Shown here: positions 49,977-60,816 of the stretch, in pieces
Layout: each line of letters opens with the position of its first letter
How positions within the stretch are numbered: the first letter of the stretch is position 1
NCBI GenBank assembly: GCA_043228905.1
Contig: JBHGNT010000013.1
Location: forward strand, 3,720,001 to 3,784,000
Direction of reading: 5' to 3'
Length of the DNA stretch: 64,000 bases
DNA from: Azolla caroliniana
Taxonomy: Eukaryota; Plantae; Polypodiophyta
Notes under the pieces: model-generated
Databases searched by the model: none
Told to the model about the DNA's origin: nothing
The model's input: only the letters and a program-made list of their open reading frames with translations
Made by a program: the position numbers and the translations under genes

Positions 49977-52103
49977 ATGAAAGGGTCGGATCTTGCAGAG
50001 GCCATGGCTTCGGCCGTGGATCGGATATTGAGCGCACGTGAGGGCTCCGGCGCCCTCGACAGAGCCATTGAGGCGGTCGTCGGTACGATCGGCCGGTTCA
50101 GCGGAAAGGATGCCACGAAGTATTTGGCGTCCTACGGGGCAGAAATGCTGATGCGGGACATTCCGGAAGAGAGGCGTCTTGCCGGGTTCCCTCGAGTGGT
50201 GATGCCGAGCATCCATGCGGAGGTGCTCGAGGTACGGGCGGAGAGCCGTACCTGGGAGGAGTTCGAAGGCCGACTCCTAGAGAAATACGGGATGGACGAC
50301 GCGCTCCGGCTTTCGAAACGGGACTTCATGGAATGGGTGGAGTCCCCCGGCAAAGGAAGAAACGCGTCGGCACTCCTCCGGGAGTTCGAAGAACGCTTTG
50401 CGCACCTTTCGGCGCTTGACCGAACCATTCTGGATACGAGCCAGGTCCTACTGTTCGTCAAGTCGATGGACGAGCAGGACCGGGATCAACTCGGCTCCTT
50501 GCTGGAAACCGAAGACGGGCTGACAACCGATTGGGCTGCGGTTAAGAGAGTCTGTGGCCGTTTCGACAAACGGCGAGAATGGGCTGACAGCGGGGCGGCC
50601 GGTGCAGGCTCTGTCACAGCAAGAAGGCTTGAATCGGCACCGCAAGTGCGAAGGGAAGAAACCCGGGAATGGCTCGAAACCGGTCCGGCTTCGACCGGCA
50701 TGGTCAATGGCTCGTCCGAAGGAGCAGCGCTGGAGGAGTTGACGCGGGCGATAAAGGATCTCCAGATCGCCCAGACTCGAAGGGAAGGCGGCGAACCGGC
50801 TCGTGACCGACGGCCGGCAGCAGGGAACAGGTGCATGTGGTGCGACGAGGTCGGCCACATCCGGAAGGACTGCGGCGATTTCGCAGAAGCGTTGAGGAAC
50901 CGGGTGGTGTACCTATGGGAAGGCCGGGTGCACGCCGGCGACACCAGGAGGGCCCTTAACCGAAACGACGGGCGAGGAGGAATGAAGAGACTGATGGAAG
51001 AGGCAGCGGCCCGACACGTGGAGGCCATCCACTACTCGGCATCGGCCGGTATTCGGGTCGGGGGCAGCGAGGCCCGAAAGGAGAGCAAGGACGGGTTTTG
51101 GTCGACAATGCTGGAAGGCCTTGCCGGCGTACGGCTAAGGAAAGATGAAACGGACCGCGCTGAGAGACGGGTCCGGGAAATAACCGGGTGGAGCGATCCG
51201 GTCGAGGAGAAGACGGGCTTCGTAGAAGCCGCCTGCCGGAACTACGAGGCTCTGGTAGAAGACAAACGAGTGGAAAAAGCCGGAGCGGCCGGGCCCTCAC
51301 AACGGTACGAGACCCGATTTGGGCAACGACAGAACGATGCCGGTGGGTCCAGCTCGCAAGATAACCCCAGGAAGGGTGGATACCGACTGGGGACGGAAAT
51401 AGAAAGGACTACGGACCTACGGAAGGTCCTAGAAGAACGGATCCTCGACAGCAAAGTGGAGCTGTCATTGCGAGAGGTGCTAGGGATCGCAAAGAAGGAG
51501 TTCCACGACTCCATTGTGGACCTGGTGAAACAGAAGAGGCTGTCGACGGAGACGGAACCGGAAAGACCGGTGGAGGTGCGGACGACGCACATCGACGACA
51601 TGGCGCTGGAAGATGAGTGGGCAGAGAGCCACTATTCAAGGCCGCACTGGGCCCGAGCGACCACGGAGACCCCGGTAAAGATCGGAGATGTTCAGGAACC
51701 GGTGGTGGCATTGGTGGACCACGATTCGGAAATAAACCTGATGTCCATGGACTTCTATAAGAAGGGGAAGTGGCCGATCAACACCAAGCACGGGTGGAAG
51801 ATACGAGCGGCGACGCACGCCACCGAGGAACTGCACGGGGCCTGCCCGAACGTGCGAGTCAAGATTGGCGATGTCAAGATTGACCAGCACTTCTTCGTAC
51901 AGGAGACGTCCTCGCACCCGGTCATATTAGGGGAACCATACATCACGGCGGCGCGAATGGAGACCAAGGTGCTGGACAACGGTTCGGCCTACGCGAGGGT
52001 CAAAAGCCAGGACGGGCGCCATTCGGTCCAATTTCTGACGGTGCGACCAAACCACGAGTGTAACCGCGAATCCCTCGGTGGCGACAACCGGGAGGATTTT
52101 TAG
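49977..52103 (+). CDS. Gag-protease polyprotein of Trp-PBS Gypsy
   Basis: Open frame MKGSDLAE...; CCHC CMWCDEVGHIRKDC; protease-like ALVDHDSEINLM...VILGEPY. Confidence 0.85.
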   Translation: MKGSDLAEAMASAVDRILSAREGSGALDRAIEAVVGTIGRFSGKDATKYLASYGAEMLMRDIPEERRLAGFPRVVMPSIHAEVLEVRAESRTWEEFEGRLLEKYGMDDALRLSKRDFMEWVESPGKGRNASALLREFEERFAHLSALDRTILDTSQVLLFVKSMDEQDRDQLGSLLETEDGLTTDWAAVKRVCGRFDKRREWADSGAAGAGSVTARRLESAPQVRREETREWLETGPASTGMVNGSSEGAALEELTRAIKDLQIAQTRREGGEPARDRRPAAGNRCMWCDEVGHIRKDCGDFAEALRNRVVYLWEGRVHAGDTRRALNRNDGRGGMKRLMEEAAARHVEAIHYSASAGIRVGGSEARKESKDGFWSTMLEGLAGVRLRKDETDRAERRVREITGWSDPVEEKTGFVEAACRNYEALVEDKRVEKAGAAGPSQRYETRFGQRQNDAGGSSSQDNPRKGGYRLGTEIERTTDLRKVLEERILDSKVELSLREVLGIAKKEFHDSIVDLVKQKRLSTETEPERPVEVRTTHIDDMALEDEWAESHYSRPHWARATTETPVKIGDVQEPVVALVDHDSEINLMSMDFYKKGKWPINTKHGWKIRAATHATEELHGACPNVRVKIGDVKIDQHFFVQETSSHPVILGEPYITAARMETKVLDNGSAYARVKSQDGRHSVQFLTVRPNHECNRESLGGDNREDF

Positions 52104-55100
52104 AGAGGGTTGCCAAGGCGTGGGGCCAAGACAGTCCGGACACTCAGGAAAGACCCCATGACTGTACGATAGAACCGAAACCGAAGGAACCCTGTACGAT
52201 AGGTAGGAAATTTTTCTTCTCCAACAACGGAGGGTGTATGATAGTCGGCATCATTGGCCGAGAAAAGACAAGGGTGGAAGTGCGACTTCGAGCGTGCGGA
52301 GTTCTCGGCCCGGACGAGGAAATCAGCGGAGCCGTGGAGGCGGTCTCCTTCGACGACACCTTGGGGATGCTGAAGAAGGTAACCGGAGAAGACCTTAACG
52401 AAGACCGGATGATACCGGTATGTTCCGAAGAGATGTACGAAGTCATCGCGAACTTCAGTCGGGGGCTCGGGTCGGATCGGACGGCCCGGGTTAGCACGAA
52501 GTACAAGACTGTGGACCGGAAGGTAAGGCCAGTCGCGGCACCCTTACCGGAGGACGGCGAATCCCGAATCAGAGGGGTTGCGTCGGACCCCAGTTTACGA
52601 GATCCGGTCTGCATAGGGCACACCTTCACCAACGGGACGCTACGGGAGCTCAAGATCGGTGGGGGCGGGTTCCTGCTGCCGGCGGAGGAAGACCGGTTTC
52701 GGAGGATGCTCGGAAGGCACGGGAAAGCCTTCGCATTCTCACCGGAAGAGATCGGGTGCGTAGACCCGACGATCGTGGAGCCGATGGTGATATTCACGGT
52801 ATCGCATGTGCCGTGGAATCTCAAGCCGATTCCGGTACCGAGAGCTCACATCCCGAAGTTGATGGAGCTATTGAGGCAGAAAGTAGATATGGGCATTCTT
52901 GAACCGTCGAGTGCCCCATACTCGAACCGATGGTTTACCGTACCGAAGAAAAACGGAACATTGCGCTTCATTCCGGACCTGCAGCCGGTCAACAGAGTGA
53001 CCATTCGGAACACAGGAATCGGACCGACCATAGACGAGTTCGTAGAGGCCTTTGCCGGAAGGTCGATTTACTCGGTCGGTGATCTGTACTCGGGGTACGA
53101 CCAGTTCCAACTAGCCGTGGAGAGCAGAGACATTACGACGATGCGGACTCCCCTCGGCCTGGTGCGAATGTGTACCCTGCCACAAGGAGGGACCAACTCG
53201 GTGGCCCACATGGTGAATGCGATGAACAAGGTACTGAGGGATTGCATCCCGGCCATCACCATGCCGTTTCTAGACGACATCCCGATCAAGGGGTGCCCGG
53301 TGGAAGAGAAGGACGAAACACTCGGGCCGGACGGATGTCGGCGATTCGTGGCAGCACACATCGACGACTGCGAGAAGATGCTACAAAGGCTAGAGGAGGC
53401 GAGGCTCACCTTCTCCGGGGAGAAATCAGCCTTCGGGCAATCGGAAATCCTGGTGGTCGGACACCTATGTGGACCATATGGCCGGAAGCCGTCTCCGGCA
53501 AAGGTAGAAGCCATCTCTGCGATGAAGACCGACTGTAACTCGGTTACGGAAGTTCGGAGGTTCCTGGGGGCATGCACGTTCTACCACATATGGATCCCGC
53601 ATTACGCCCACGTTGCGGAGCCGCTATACGGGTTGCTAAAGAAAGGGCGAAAATTCGAATGGCGAGACGAGCACACGGAGTCGGTCCGGAAGCTGAAGGA
53701 AGCTCTTGCGGCAGCACCGGCGCTCCGGAAGGCTGTCTACGAGAAGGGTACCCCGGTATACATAACGGTGGATACGAGTCCGACCGGGATCGGATGGGTC
53801 GTCAACCAAGAAGACGGGGACGGCATTCGGTTCCCGATCCGATTCGGCGCGAACGTCCTCAGTGAACGACAGTGAGGGTACGCCCAGGTTAAACGCGAGT
53901 TCTGGGGTATCATTTCGGCAGTAAAGGCCGACAAAGACTACCTGATCGGGACAGAACTGGTTATCGAGACGGATTGCCTGCCGATTCTTGGCATGGTTTC
54001 CGGATGCGCGACACCGGACCTGGCGATGCTCAGGTGGATAGCGTACATCAAGTCCCTGGACCCCGAAATACGGCACATTTCCGGAAAGGACAACGCCACG
54101 GCCGACATGCTTTCGAGGGTGAGGTTTGATGACGAGGGCGGCATGGTTTCGGAGGACGAAGAAGTCGGCGTGGACTTCTTCGAGGCGGCGTACGTGACGA
54201 CCGATGGAGCGAGCACTCCGGCACTTAACAGCTTCGACGAGAGCAAGTACGACGGCGAGTGGCTACAGATCGGTGGGTTTTTGAGGACAATGACGCCGGA
54301 TGCGTCGTGGACGAGGGACGAGCCCAACCGGATCCGGAAGAAAGCATACCGATTCTTTCTCCGGGACGGATACTTATGGAAGCACCCGAAGAAGAGGAAC
54401 GGCGTCCCGCTCCGGGTAGTGGCGATGAAGGAAGAACAGGAGGATCTGCTGACAGCCTACCACGACAGCCCTTGGGCTGGACACCGTGGAGCGTGGGCCA
54501 CGTTCGAGAAGATAAAGGGGAAGTACTGGTGGCCGGGACTGTACCGGGACGTGCATCGGTTCGTGACGACTTGCGAGAGCTGTCAGATGCACTCCGTAGT
54601 CCGACATCGGGACGAGCTGCACCCTACGTACTCTCCGACCATCCACTTCAAATGGATGGTAGATCTAGTGACGATGCCGATGGGCGTAGGACAGATGCGG
54701 TATCTGGTCCTGGCTCGGGAAGATCTAACGAACCAGGTGGAAGGCCGAGCCCTTCAGAACAAAACGACCGCGGTCGTATGTCGGTTCCTGATCGAGGACG
54801 TGATATGCCGGTACGGGTGCATCGGGAAGATCGTGGTTGATCGCGGGGAGTTGGACGCCAAAGAGGCCGAGGAGTTATTCGACCGGCTAGGAGTCAAGCT
54901 CTCGCTTACCACTGCGTACAATCCGGAGGCGAATGGGAAGGTGGAGCGCGGATACGGACTAATCGTCAAGGCATTAGTTCGGGCATGCGGAGGGCAAGTC
55001 GGGAACTGGCCACGGCTGCTGCCTTACGCGTTGTGGGCCGACCGAACTACGCACAGTTCGGTAACCGGATTCATGCCGGCAGAGCTCATGTTCGGGCAGA

Positions 55101-55461
55101 AGCCGATCATGCCGATGGAACGAACGATCTCCTCATGGGCAACCGTGGACTGGAGAGACGAGATGAGCCGGGAGGAACTGTTGACGGCGCGCATACGGCA
55201 GCTCGAGCGAAGACCGGAGGACGTGGAGCAGGCTGCGGAAAAGCTTCGGGTGGCAAGGACGAGGAACAAGGCCCGGTTCGACCGAACGCACCGGCTCCGA
55301 CCGAAGAAAATCGAGGAAGGCGACTGGGTGTCAGGAACTCTATTAAGGCAGAGAAGGAATTAGTACTAAAAGAAGGATTAGTACTATTGTTGGGGAATAG
55401 TACTAAGACAGAGAAGGATTAGTACTATGAGAGGTGTCGAACTTTGAGAGAAGGAATGAGT

Positions 55462-55507
<46 letters not shown>

Positions 55508-55789
55508 TGATGCGAAAGATATATGTATTATATGACGGAAGATATACAACAGTAGTTAGAAGGCTTAAGACTGGCGTTGAACCGATTTGGTTCGAACTAA
55601 TGCCTTGCGCCTCCTTTTATAGTGTCTTCAGGAATACTCCTGAAGTTTCTAGAATGTTCCAGAGAAATCTGGAATATACATCAATTTCCTAATAAAACCT
55701 AAATGAAAATAATATCCTTCAAATTACAACTCATAACCTAATGGTAAAGTCTCGACCCGTGTAACAAAAGGTTATGGGTTCGAGTCTAG

Positions 55790-58700
55790 TTATGACACTA
55801 TCCCCCCTTTAAAACGACGAGTTTCACGAGTCGTTTTGGATTGAGGACCCGGTTTCTCGGGATATCGTCGATGGAAGTCTTCTAGAAGAGCACGAGCATT
55901 GGTCACATTCTCGATCGGTTCCCAAGTACGCTCGCTGGGACTATATCCTAGCCAATCGACTAGATAGTAGAGCTTGTTGCGAACAATCTTGGAATCGAGG
56001 ATGGCAGCGACCTCATACTCAGGTCCATCTTCGAGCTCGATAGGAGGTGGAGGTTGTATAGTACGTCCTGGGATAGTGCTCTCGTGATAGGGTTCGAGGA
56101 GAGAACTATGAAACACCGGGTGTATCCGAAGTTGCGGAGGTAGCTCGAGACGAAAAGCGACATCATTAATCTTCCCGATAATACGGAAAGGACCTAATCG
56201 TCGATAATCCAACTTCTCACATGGGCGAGTAGTCTTGATGTGTCGTCGTAGCAGCCACACCCGATCTCCAATGTTAAAACTGGATGGAAGTCGATGACGA
56301 TCTGCGTAGTCCTTGTGTGATTGTTGAGCTTGCTGGAGTTGAGTAGATAAATCCGCTTGTATCTTGCGTAACCGCTCCAAACGATCCTCCGCGTAAGGAT
56401 TTGTGGACACTTCTGGGGTTTCAAGGACACACCACCGGGGATGATATCCCGTATAAGCGTAGAATGGCGTGACTTTAGTCGATGCGTGGATAGCGTTATT
56501 ATAGGCAAATTCGGCGAACGGAAGAATATCTGCCCAGTCATTCTGATGATAGTTGAGAAAGCACCGCAGATACTGCTCCAGTGTTTGATTTGTTCGTTCG
56601 GCTTGACCGTCGGTTTGTGGGTGGTAGCCGGAGGAGAGGTTACAAGTGACCTTCAGCATTTTAAAAAGGTGCTTCCAGAATTTTGACACAAACTGGGGTC
56701 CACGATCGCTGATGATATTATCAGGGAGTCCATGATGCCGACATACTTCCCGCATGACAATTTCGGCGGTGTCTTCACTAGATATTTCTTTAGTACATGG
56801 TAAGAAATGAGCCATCTTCGTATATCGATCCACCACTGTGAGAATCGCACTGAATCCCTTAGAGACTGGAAGATCTGTAATGAAGTCAAGAGCAATGGAT
56901 TGCCATGGCTTGCTTGGAATTGGTAATGGTTCTAATAAACCATATGGATGATGTCTTGGCATTTTCGCTCTGCAGCATGTATCGCAAGTCCGAACAAAAT
57001 CTTCGACAAATTGTCGCATACGGGGCCACCAGAATGATCGTTGTACTAAATCTAATGTTTTAGTACTACCAAAATGTCCTGCTGTATATGTGTCATGGCA
57101 GTTTTGTACTACTCGAAGGCGGCAAGAACCATTAGGAACATACAAAAGTTCTTTAAAGAAGAGTAATCCATCACAGTATTTGAATTGCCGATAATCCGTA
57201 CCTGGTGATTGTGATTGTGAACATGACGCTCGAGAGGGGTCAATTTGTGCTAGTATAGCTTGGGCGAAAGCGTCAGTCTTCAAGTCCTCACGTATAGTAT
57301 TGGTAATGTCGGAATCCACGGGCATGTCAAAGATCTGTGCTGCTTGCAGTCGTGCTGGACCCAAGATTACTTGCTTCTGGTTATCGAAAGCTGGCTCACC
57401 GGGACGTGGTGTTAGATACGAACGCCGTGATAATGCATCTGCCTTCCCTTGGTGCTTCCCCGGACGATATGTAATTTTGAAGTCGAAGCGTGTGAGGAAA
57501 TGGGCCCACCGAGCTTGACGTCGATTCAGTACACGAGCATCTTGAAAGTAGGCAAGGTTCTTGTGGTCACTGAATACAGTGACCTGATGAGGAGATCCCT
57601 CCAGGAAATGCCTCCATTGCATAAAAGAATCAACTATTGCTAATAGCTCTTTATCATGAATTTCGTAGTTGATTTCGGCGGCGTCAAACTTACGGGAGTG
57701 GAAAGCCACAGGATGTAGCTTCTCGTCGTTACCCTGTTGTGACAGAATGCTCCCCAATGCGAAATCCGATGCATCAGCTTCGATAATGAATGGTTTTTCC
57801 GGATCCACATGACCTAAAATTGGAGCTGATGTAAACGCCTTCTTAAGACTCTCGAAAGCCATGTCCGTCTCTTTAGACCAAATGAATGATTGTCCCTTCC
57901 TGGTGAGCTGTGTGAGAGGCAGCACAATTTTTGAGTAATTTTGTATGAACTTCCGGTAGAAATTTGCAAAGCCTAGGAAGCATTGCACATCCCGCACCGA
58001 ACGCGGAGTGTGCCATTCTATCACCGTTTTGACCTTGGCTGGGTCCATAGATATGCCTTCTGAGGAGATGACATAGCCGAGAAACTCCACTTGGTTGCAC
58101 CCGAAACTACATTTCTCTAACTTTGCATACAGACCATGTTCTCGAAGTCGTTTTAGTACTAATAGTACATGAGAATCATGTTCTTCTTGGGTCTTTGAAT
58201 AAACCAGTAGATCATCCAAATAGATGATCAAAAAATCATCCAAGAGGTCTCGAAATATATCATTCGCCATGTGCTGGAAGACTGCCGGCGCATTAGTGAG
58301 TCCGAACGGCATGACCGTATACTCGAAGTGCCCATATCTGGTGCGAAACGCGGTCTTCCATTCATCTCCTGGTCGGATCCGTACGAGGTTATAGGCTCCT
58401 CGTAAGTCGATCTTCGTGAAGAACCTGGCACCGTTGATCCGTTCTAAAAGACTTGAGATAAGGGGAAGAGCATACCTATTTCTTACTGTGACCTTATTCA
58501 AGCCACGGTAATCTACAACGAGTCGAAGCGAGCCATCTTTTTTCTTGACGAAGAAAATGGGTGCGCCGGCTGGAGATTTCGAATGCCGAATGAAACCGTT
58601 CTCCAAATTCTCCTCTATATAGGCTCGAAGGACTTCTAGCTCGGTTGGTGACAAATTGTAGATCGGCCCCCATGGCGGCTCTTTTCCCGGTTGTAAGTCG

Positions 58701-59386
58701 ATGGCGCAGTCGTACGGCCGATGATGAGGAAGTGTGTTGGCTTGTACTTTATCGAACACATCAGCATACTGACGATACTTCTCGGGAAGTTGAACGGTGG
58801 ACTCCTCTTTGGTGGTGCTGGAGGGTTGTACTGATATTGCAAAGAGAAACATTTCCTCCTTGCGCCCTTCCTCACGCAACTGACGTAGCGAAATGGTTGC
58901 AACCTTCTGGGTAGATCCTTGGGTTTGTCGCAACCGGATTTCCCTTGTCCTCCAATCTATGTCTGGGTCATGTAACTCGAACCATGGTAATCCTAAAACT
59001 ATGGGATGTTCTGGAATACTAATAATATTAAATGATACTACACATGTTAAGTTATCTAGGACAATATTAACGGGTTCCGACTCTTCTATGATATTACCAG
59101 AAGCAATGGGACGACCATCAATGACTACTACTGAGGCTGGACATGGGAGCTTTCTTAGAGATATCTGATGAGCTCGGGCAAAATTCCTATCCATGAAGCA
59201 AGAATTAGCTCCGGAATCTAGAAGGGCTAAGGTATGTACTGGAGGGGTACTTTTAGTACTAACTGCTACTTGGACTACGAACACATCACTAACTTGCTTA
59301 GAGGGAATGGAACCACTAATGGGCTGCACAGATCTAGGGCTGTCCAACCAAACGGCTCCTATTTTGGCTGGACTTAGTCGTTTAAC
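55790..59386 (-). CDS. Pol (PR-RT-RNaseH-IN-chromodomain), expressed by predicted -1 frameshift
   Basis: 1185+ aa open frame; LLDSGA, YLDD, ADASDFA, HHCC, DDE, GPF, YEVAAILD...YLVDW.GY..SERTWEP. Confidence 0.95.
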   Translation of the reverse strand, partial: VKRLSPAKIGAVWLDSPRSVQPISGSIPSKQVSDVFVVQVAVSTKSTPPVHTLALLDSGANSCFMDRNFARAHQISLRKLPCPASVVVIDGRPIASGNIIEESEPVNIVLDNLTCVVSFNIISIPEHPIVLGLPWFELHDPDIDWRTREIRLRQTQGSTQKVATISLRQLREEGRKEEMFLFAISVQPSSTTKEESTVQLPEKYRQYADVFDKVQANTLPHHRPYDCAIDLQPGKEPPWGPIYNLSPTELEVLRAYIEENLENGFIRHSKSPAGAPIFFVKKKDGSLRLVVDYRGLNKVTVRNRYALPLISSLLERINGARFFTKIDLRGAYNLVRIRPGDEWKTAFRTRYGHFEYTVMPFGLTNAPAVFQHMANDIFRDLLDDFLIIYLDDLLVYSKTQEEHDSHVLLVLKRLREHGLYAKLEKCSFGCNQVEFLGYVISSEGISMDPAKVKTVIEWHTPRSVRDVQCFLGFANFYRKFIQNYSKIVLPLTQLTRKGQSFIWSKETDMAFESLKKAFTSAPILGHVDPEKPFIIEADASDFALGSILSQQGNDEKLHPVAFHSRKFDAAEINYEIHDKELLAIVDSFMQWRHFLEGSPHQVTVFSDHKNLAYFQDARVLNRRQARWAHFLTRFDFKITYRPGKHQGKADALSRRSYLTPRPGEPAFDNQKQVILGPARLQAAQIFDMPVDSDITNTIREDLKTDAFAQAILAQIDPSRASCSQSQSPGTDYRQFKYCDGLLFFKELLYVPNGSCRLRVVQNCHDTYTAGHFGSTKTLDLVQRSFWWPRMRQFVEDFVRTCDTCCRAKMPRHHPYGLLEPLPIPSKPWQSIALDFITDLPVSKGFSAILTVVDRYTKMAHFLPCTKEISSEDTAEIVMREVCRHHGLPDNIISDRGPQFVSKFWKHLFKMLKVTCNLSSGYHPQTDGQAERTNQTLEQYLRCFLNYHQNDWADILPFAEFAYNNAIHASTKVTPFYAYTGYHPRWCVLETPEVSTNPYAEDRLERLRKIQADLSTQLQQAQQSHKDYADRHRLPSSFNIGDRVWLLRRHIKTTRPCEKLDYRRLGPFRIIGKINDVAFRLELPPQLRIHPVFHSSLLEPYHESTIPGRTIQPPPPIELEDGPEYEVAAILDSKIVRNKLYYLVDWLGYSPSERTWEPIENVTNARALLEDFHRRYPEKPGPQSKTTRETRRFKGGIVS
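59342..59386 (-). promoter_or_regulatory. Predicted -1 ribosomal frameshift signal (G_UUA_AAC + hairpin)
   Basis: Heptamer at 59386-59380, 6-nt spacer containing the gag stop, then an 11-bp stem GTCCAGCCAAA/TTTGGTTGGAC. Pol is in the -1 frame. Confidence 0.75.
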
Positions 59387-60543
59387 TCTTCTTCTAATTG
59401 GCTAAGGACATCAAATTTGTTTGCGAGATTCGGACTATTAGTACTATTAGGACTATTATGACTATGAGGATTATCAGAGATTCCTACTGACATAGACTCG
59501 GGTTTAGTATAGTCAGAACTAACAATGACTTGGTTTACCTGCCTTCTTGGTCTATGGGGACAGTTTATCGCGATATGCCCTGGTCCACCGCAATAAAGGC
59601 ATAATCGGTTTGTTCGGCGTCGTTGCTTTTCCTCCTCCGATAGCGGCCCACGACGACGTGTAGTGTCAATTTCCATTGGAGTTGGAGTACTTACTGGAGG
59701 CGCATTATGTGACTCCCTTTGAAAAGGTTTCGCTACCATTGAGGCATAGGTAGGCTCGGATCTTGCCCTCGGCATCTGAAATTGTCGTTCCGAACGTCGC
59801 TCGAAGAGGCGGTTGTCACATCTGACCGCTCGACTGATTGCTTCTGTTAATGATTTTGGCTCTTCAGGGAAAGTCAAGAGTAAATCCTTGACATCGTTGC
59901 GTAGACCATAGCGGAACTGCTCCATCAATGCTTGATCATCCCAGGGGATATCGGCGGCGAGTAGGCGGAAATCTGCAGCATATGCGGAGGCTGGACGGTC
60001 ACCTTGGCGTAATCGCCGGATTTTGTTGATTGCAGTCCTTATGCTGTCAGTATCTCCAAAACATGCTTTAAACTCACTTATGAATTCTTCAAAATTATTT
60101 AGTACTGGAGATTCCTTTTCTAGTAGCGGTGCGAACCATGCTAATGCTGAGCCAGTTAACAACGTGCCTACTAAACCCACTCGTGATGCATCGGTGGGAT
60201 ATCGGGACGGATGCATTTGAATAACTAACCGTACCTGGTTAAGAAACCCTCTAAACTGCGATCGCGTTCCATCGAACTTCGTGGGAAGGCCAATCTTGGG
60301 TTCTTTATGAATCCCTTGTGCTCCGTGCCCTTGTTGTTGCATTGCTACGATGGTTGCTTCGAGTTGTTGCACGCGTAACGCAAGTTCCCCATGCTGTTGT
60401 TGCGTTTGCTGCTTTTCTAAGGAAATTTGCTGAAGATCCCCCAACAAGCGTTGATTTTCTTGTTCCAAAGCATGAAACTTCTCTTTCAAGCATTGAAATT
60501 CCGAGAAAACGGATTGATACTCTTCAGCGCTAACGGTGGCCAT
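59374..60543 (-). CDS. Gag (coiled coil, retrotransposon gag/DUF4939-like capsid, CCHC)
   Basis: 389-aa ORF; P.KFDG.RSQFRGF; PMEID; CLYCGGPGHIAINC. Confidence 0.93.
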   Translation of the reverse strand: MATVSAEEYQSVFSEFQCLKEKFHALEQENQRLLGDLQQISLEKQQTQQQHGELALRVQQLEATIVAMQQQGHGAQGIHKEPKIGLPTKFDGTRSQFRGFLNQVRLVIQMHPSRYPTDASRVGLVGTLLTGSALAWFAPLLEKESPVLNNFEEFISEFKACFGDTDSIRTAINKIRRLRQGDRPASAYAADFRLLAADIPWDDQALMEQFRYGLRNDVKDLLLTFPEEPKSLTEAISRAVRCDNRLFERRSERQFQMPRARSEPTYASMVAKPFQRESHNAPPVSTPTPMEIDTTRRRGPLSEEEKQRRRTNRLCLYCGGPGHIAINCPHRPRRQVNQVIVSSDYTKPESMSVGISDNPHSHNSPNSTNSPNLANKFDVLSQLEEELND

Positions 60544-60619
60544 GGGATGAAGGAAAAGGGAAATAAGAGACTAGTAGGAAAGGAGAGAGACAGAAGGAAG
60601 AGGGAGACTAGTAGGAGGC

Positions 60620-60633
60620 AAATCGGTTCAAAC
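60620..60633 (-). promoter_or_regulatory. Self-priming PBS (complementary to predicted transcript 5' end)
   Basis: Sense GTTTGAACCGATTT lacks TGG. It is complementary over 12 nt to AAATCGGTTCAA at 60897-60886, 33 nt downstream of TATAAAA in the LTR. Confidence 0.8.
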
Positions 60634-60766
60634 TGTCAGGAACTCTATTAAGGCAGAGAAGGAATTAGTACTAAAAGAAGGATTAGTACTATTGTTGGGG
60701 AATAGTACTAAGACAGAGAAGGATTAGTACTATGAGAGGTGTCGAACTTTGAGAGAAGGAATGAGT

Positions 60767-60816
<50 letters not shown>

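Noticed and set aside
36500-55400. Many long antisense or alternative-frame ORFs in the GC-rich Gypsy copies
   Set aside because: These are expected shadow ORFs of GC-rich coding sequence, with no recognisable domains.
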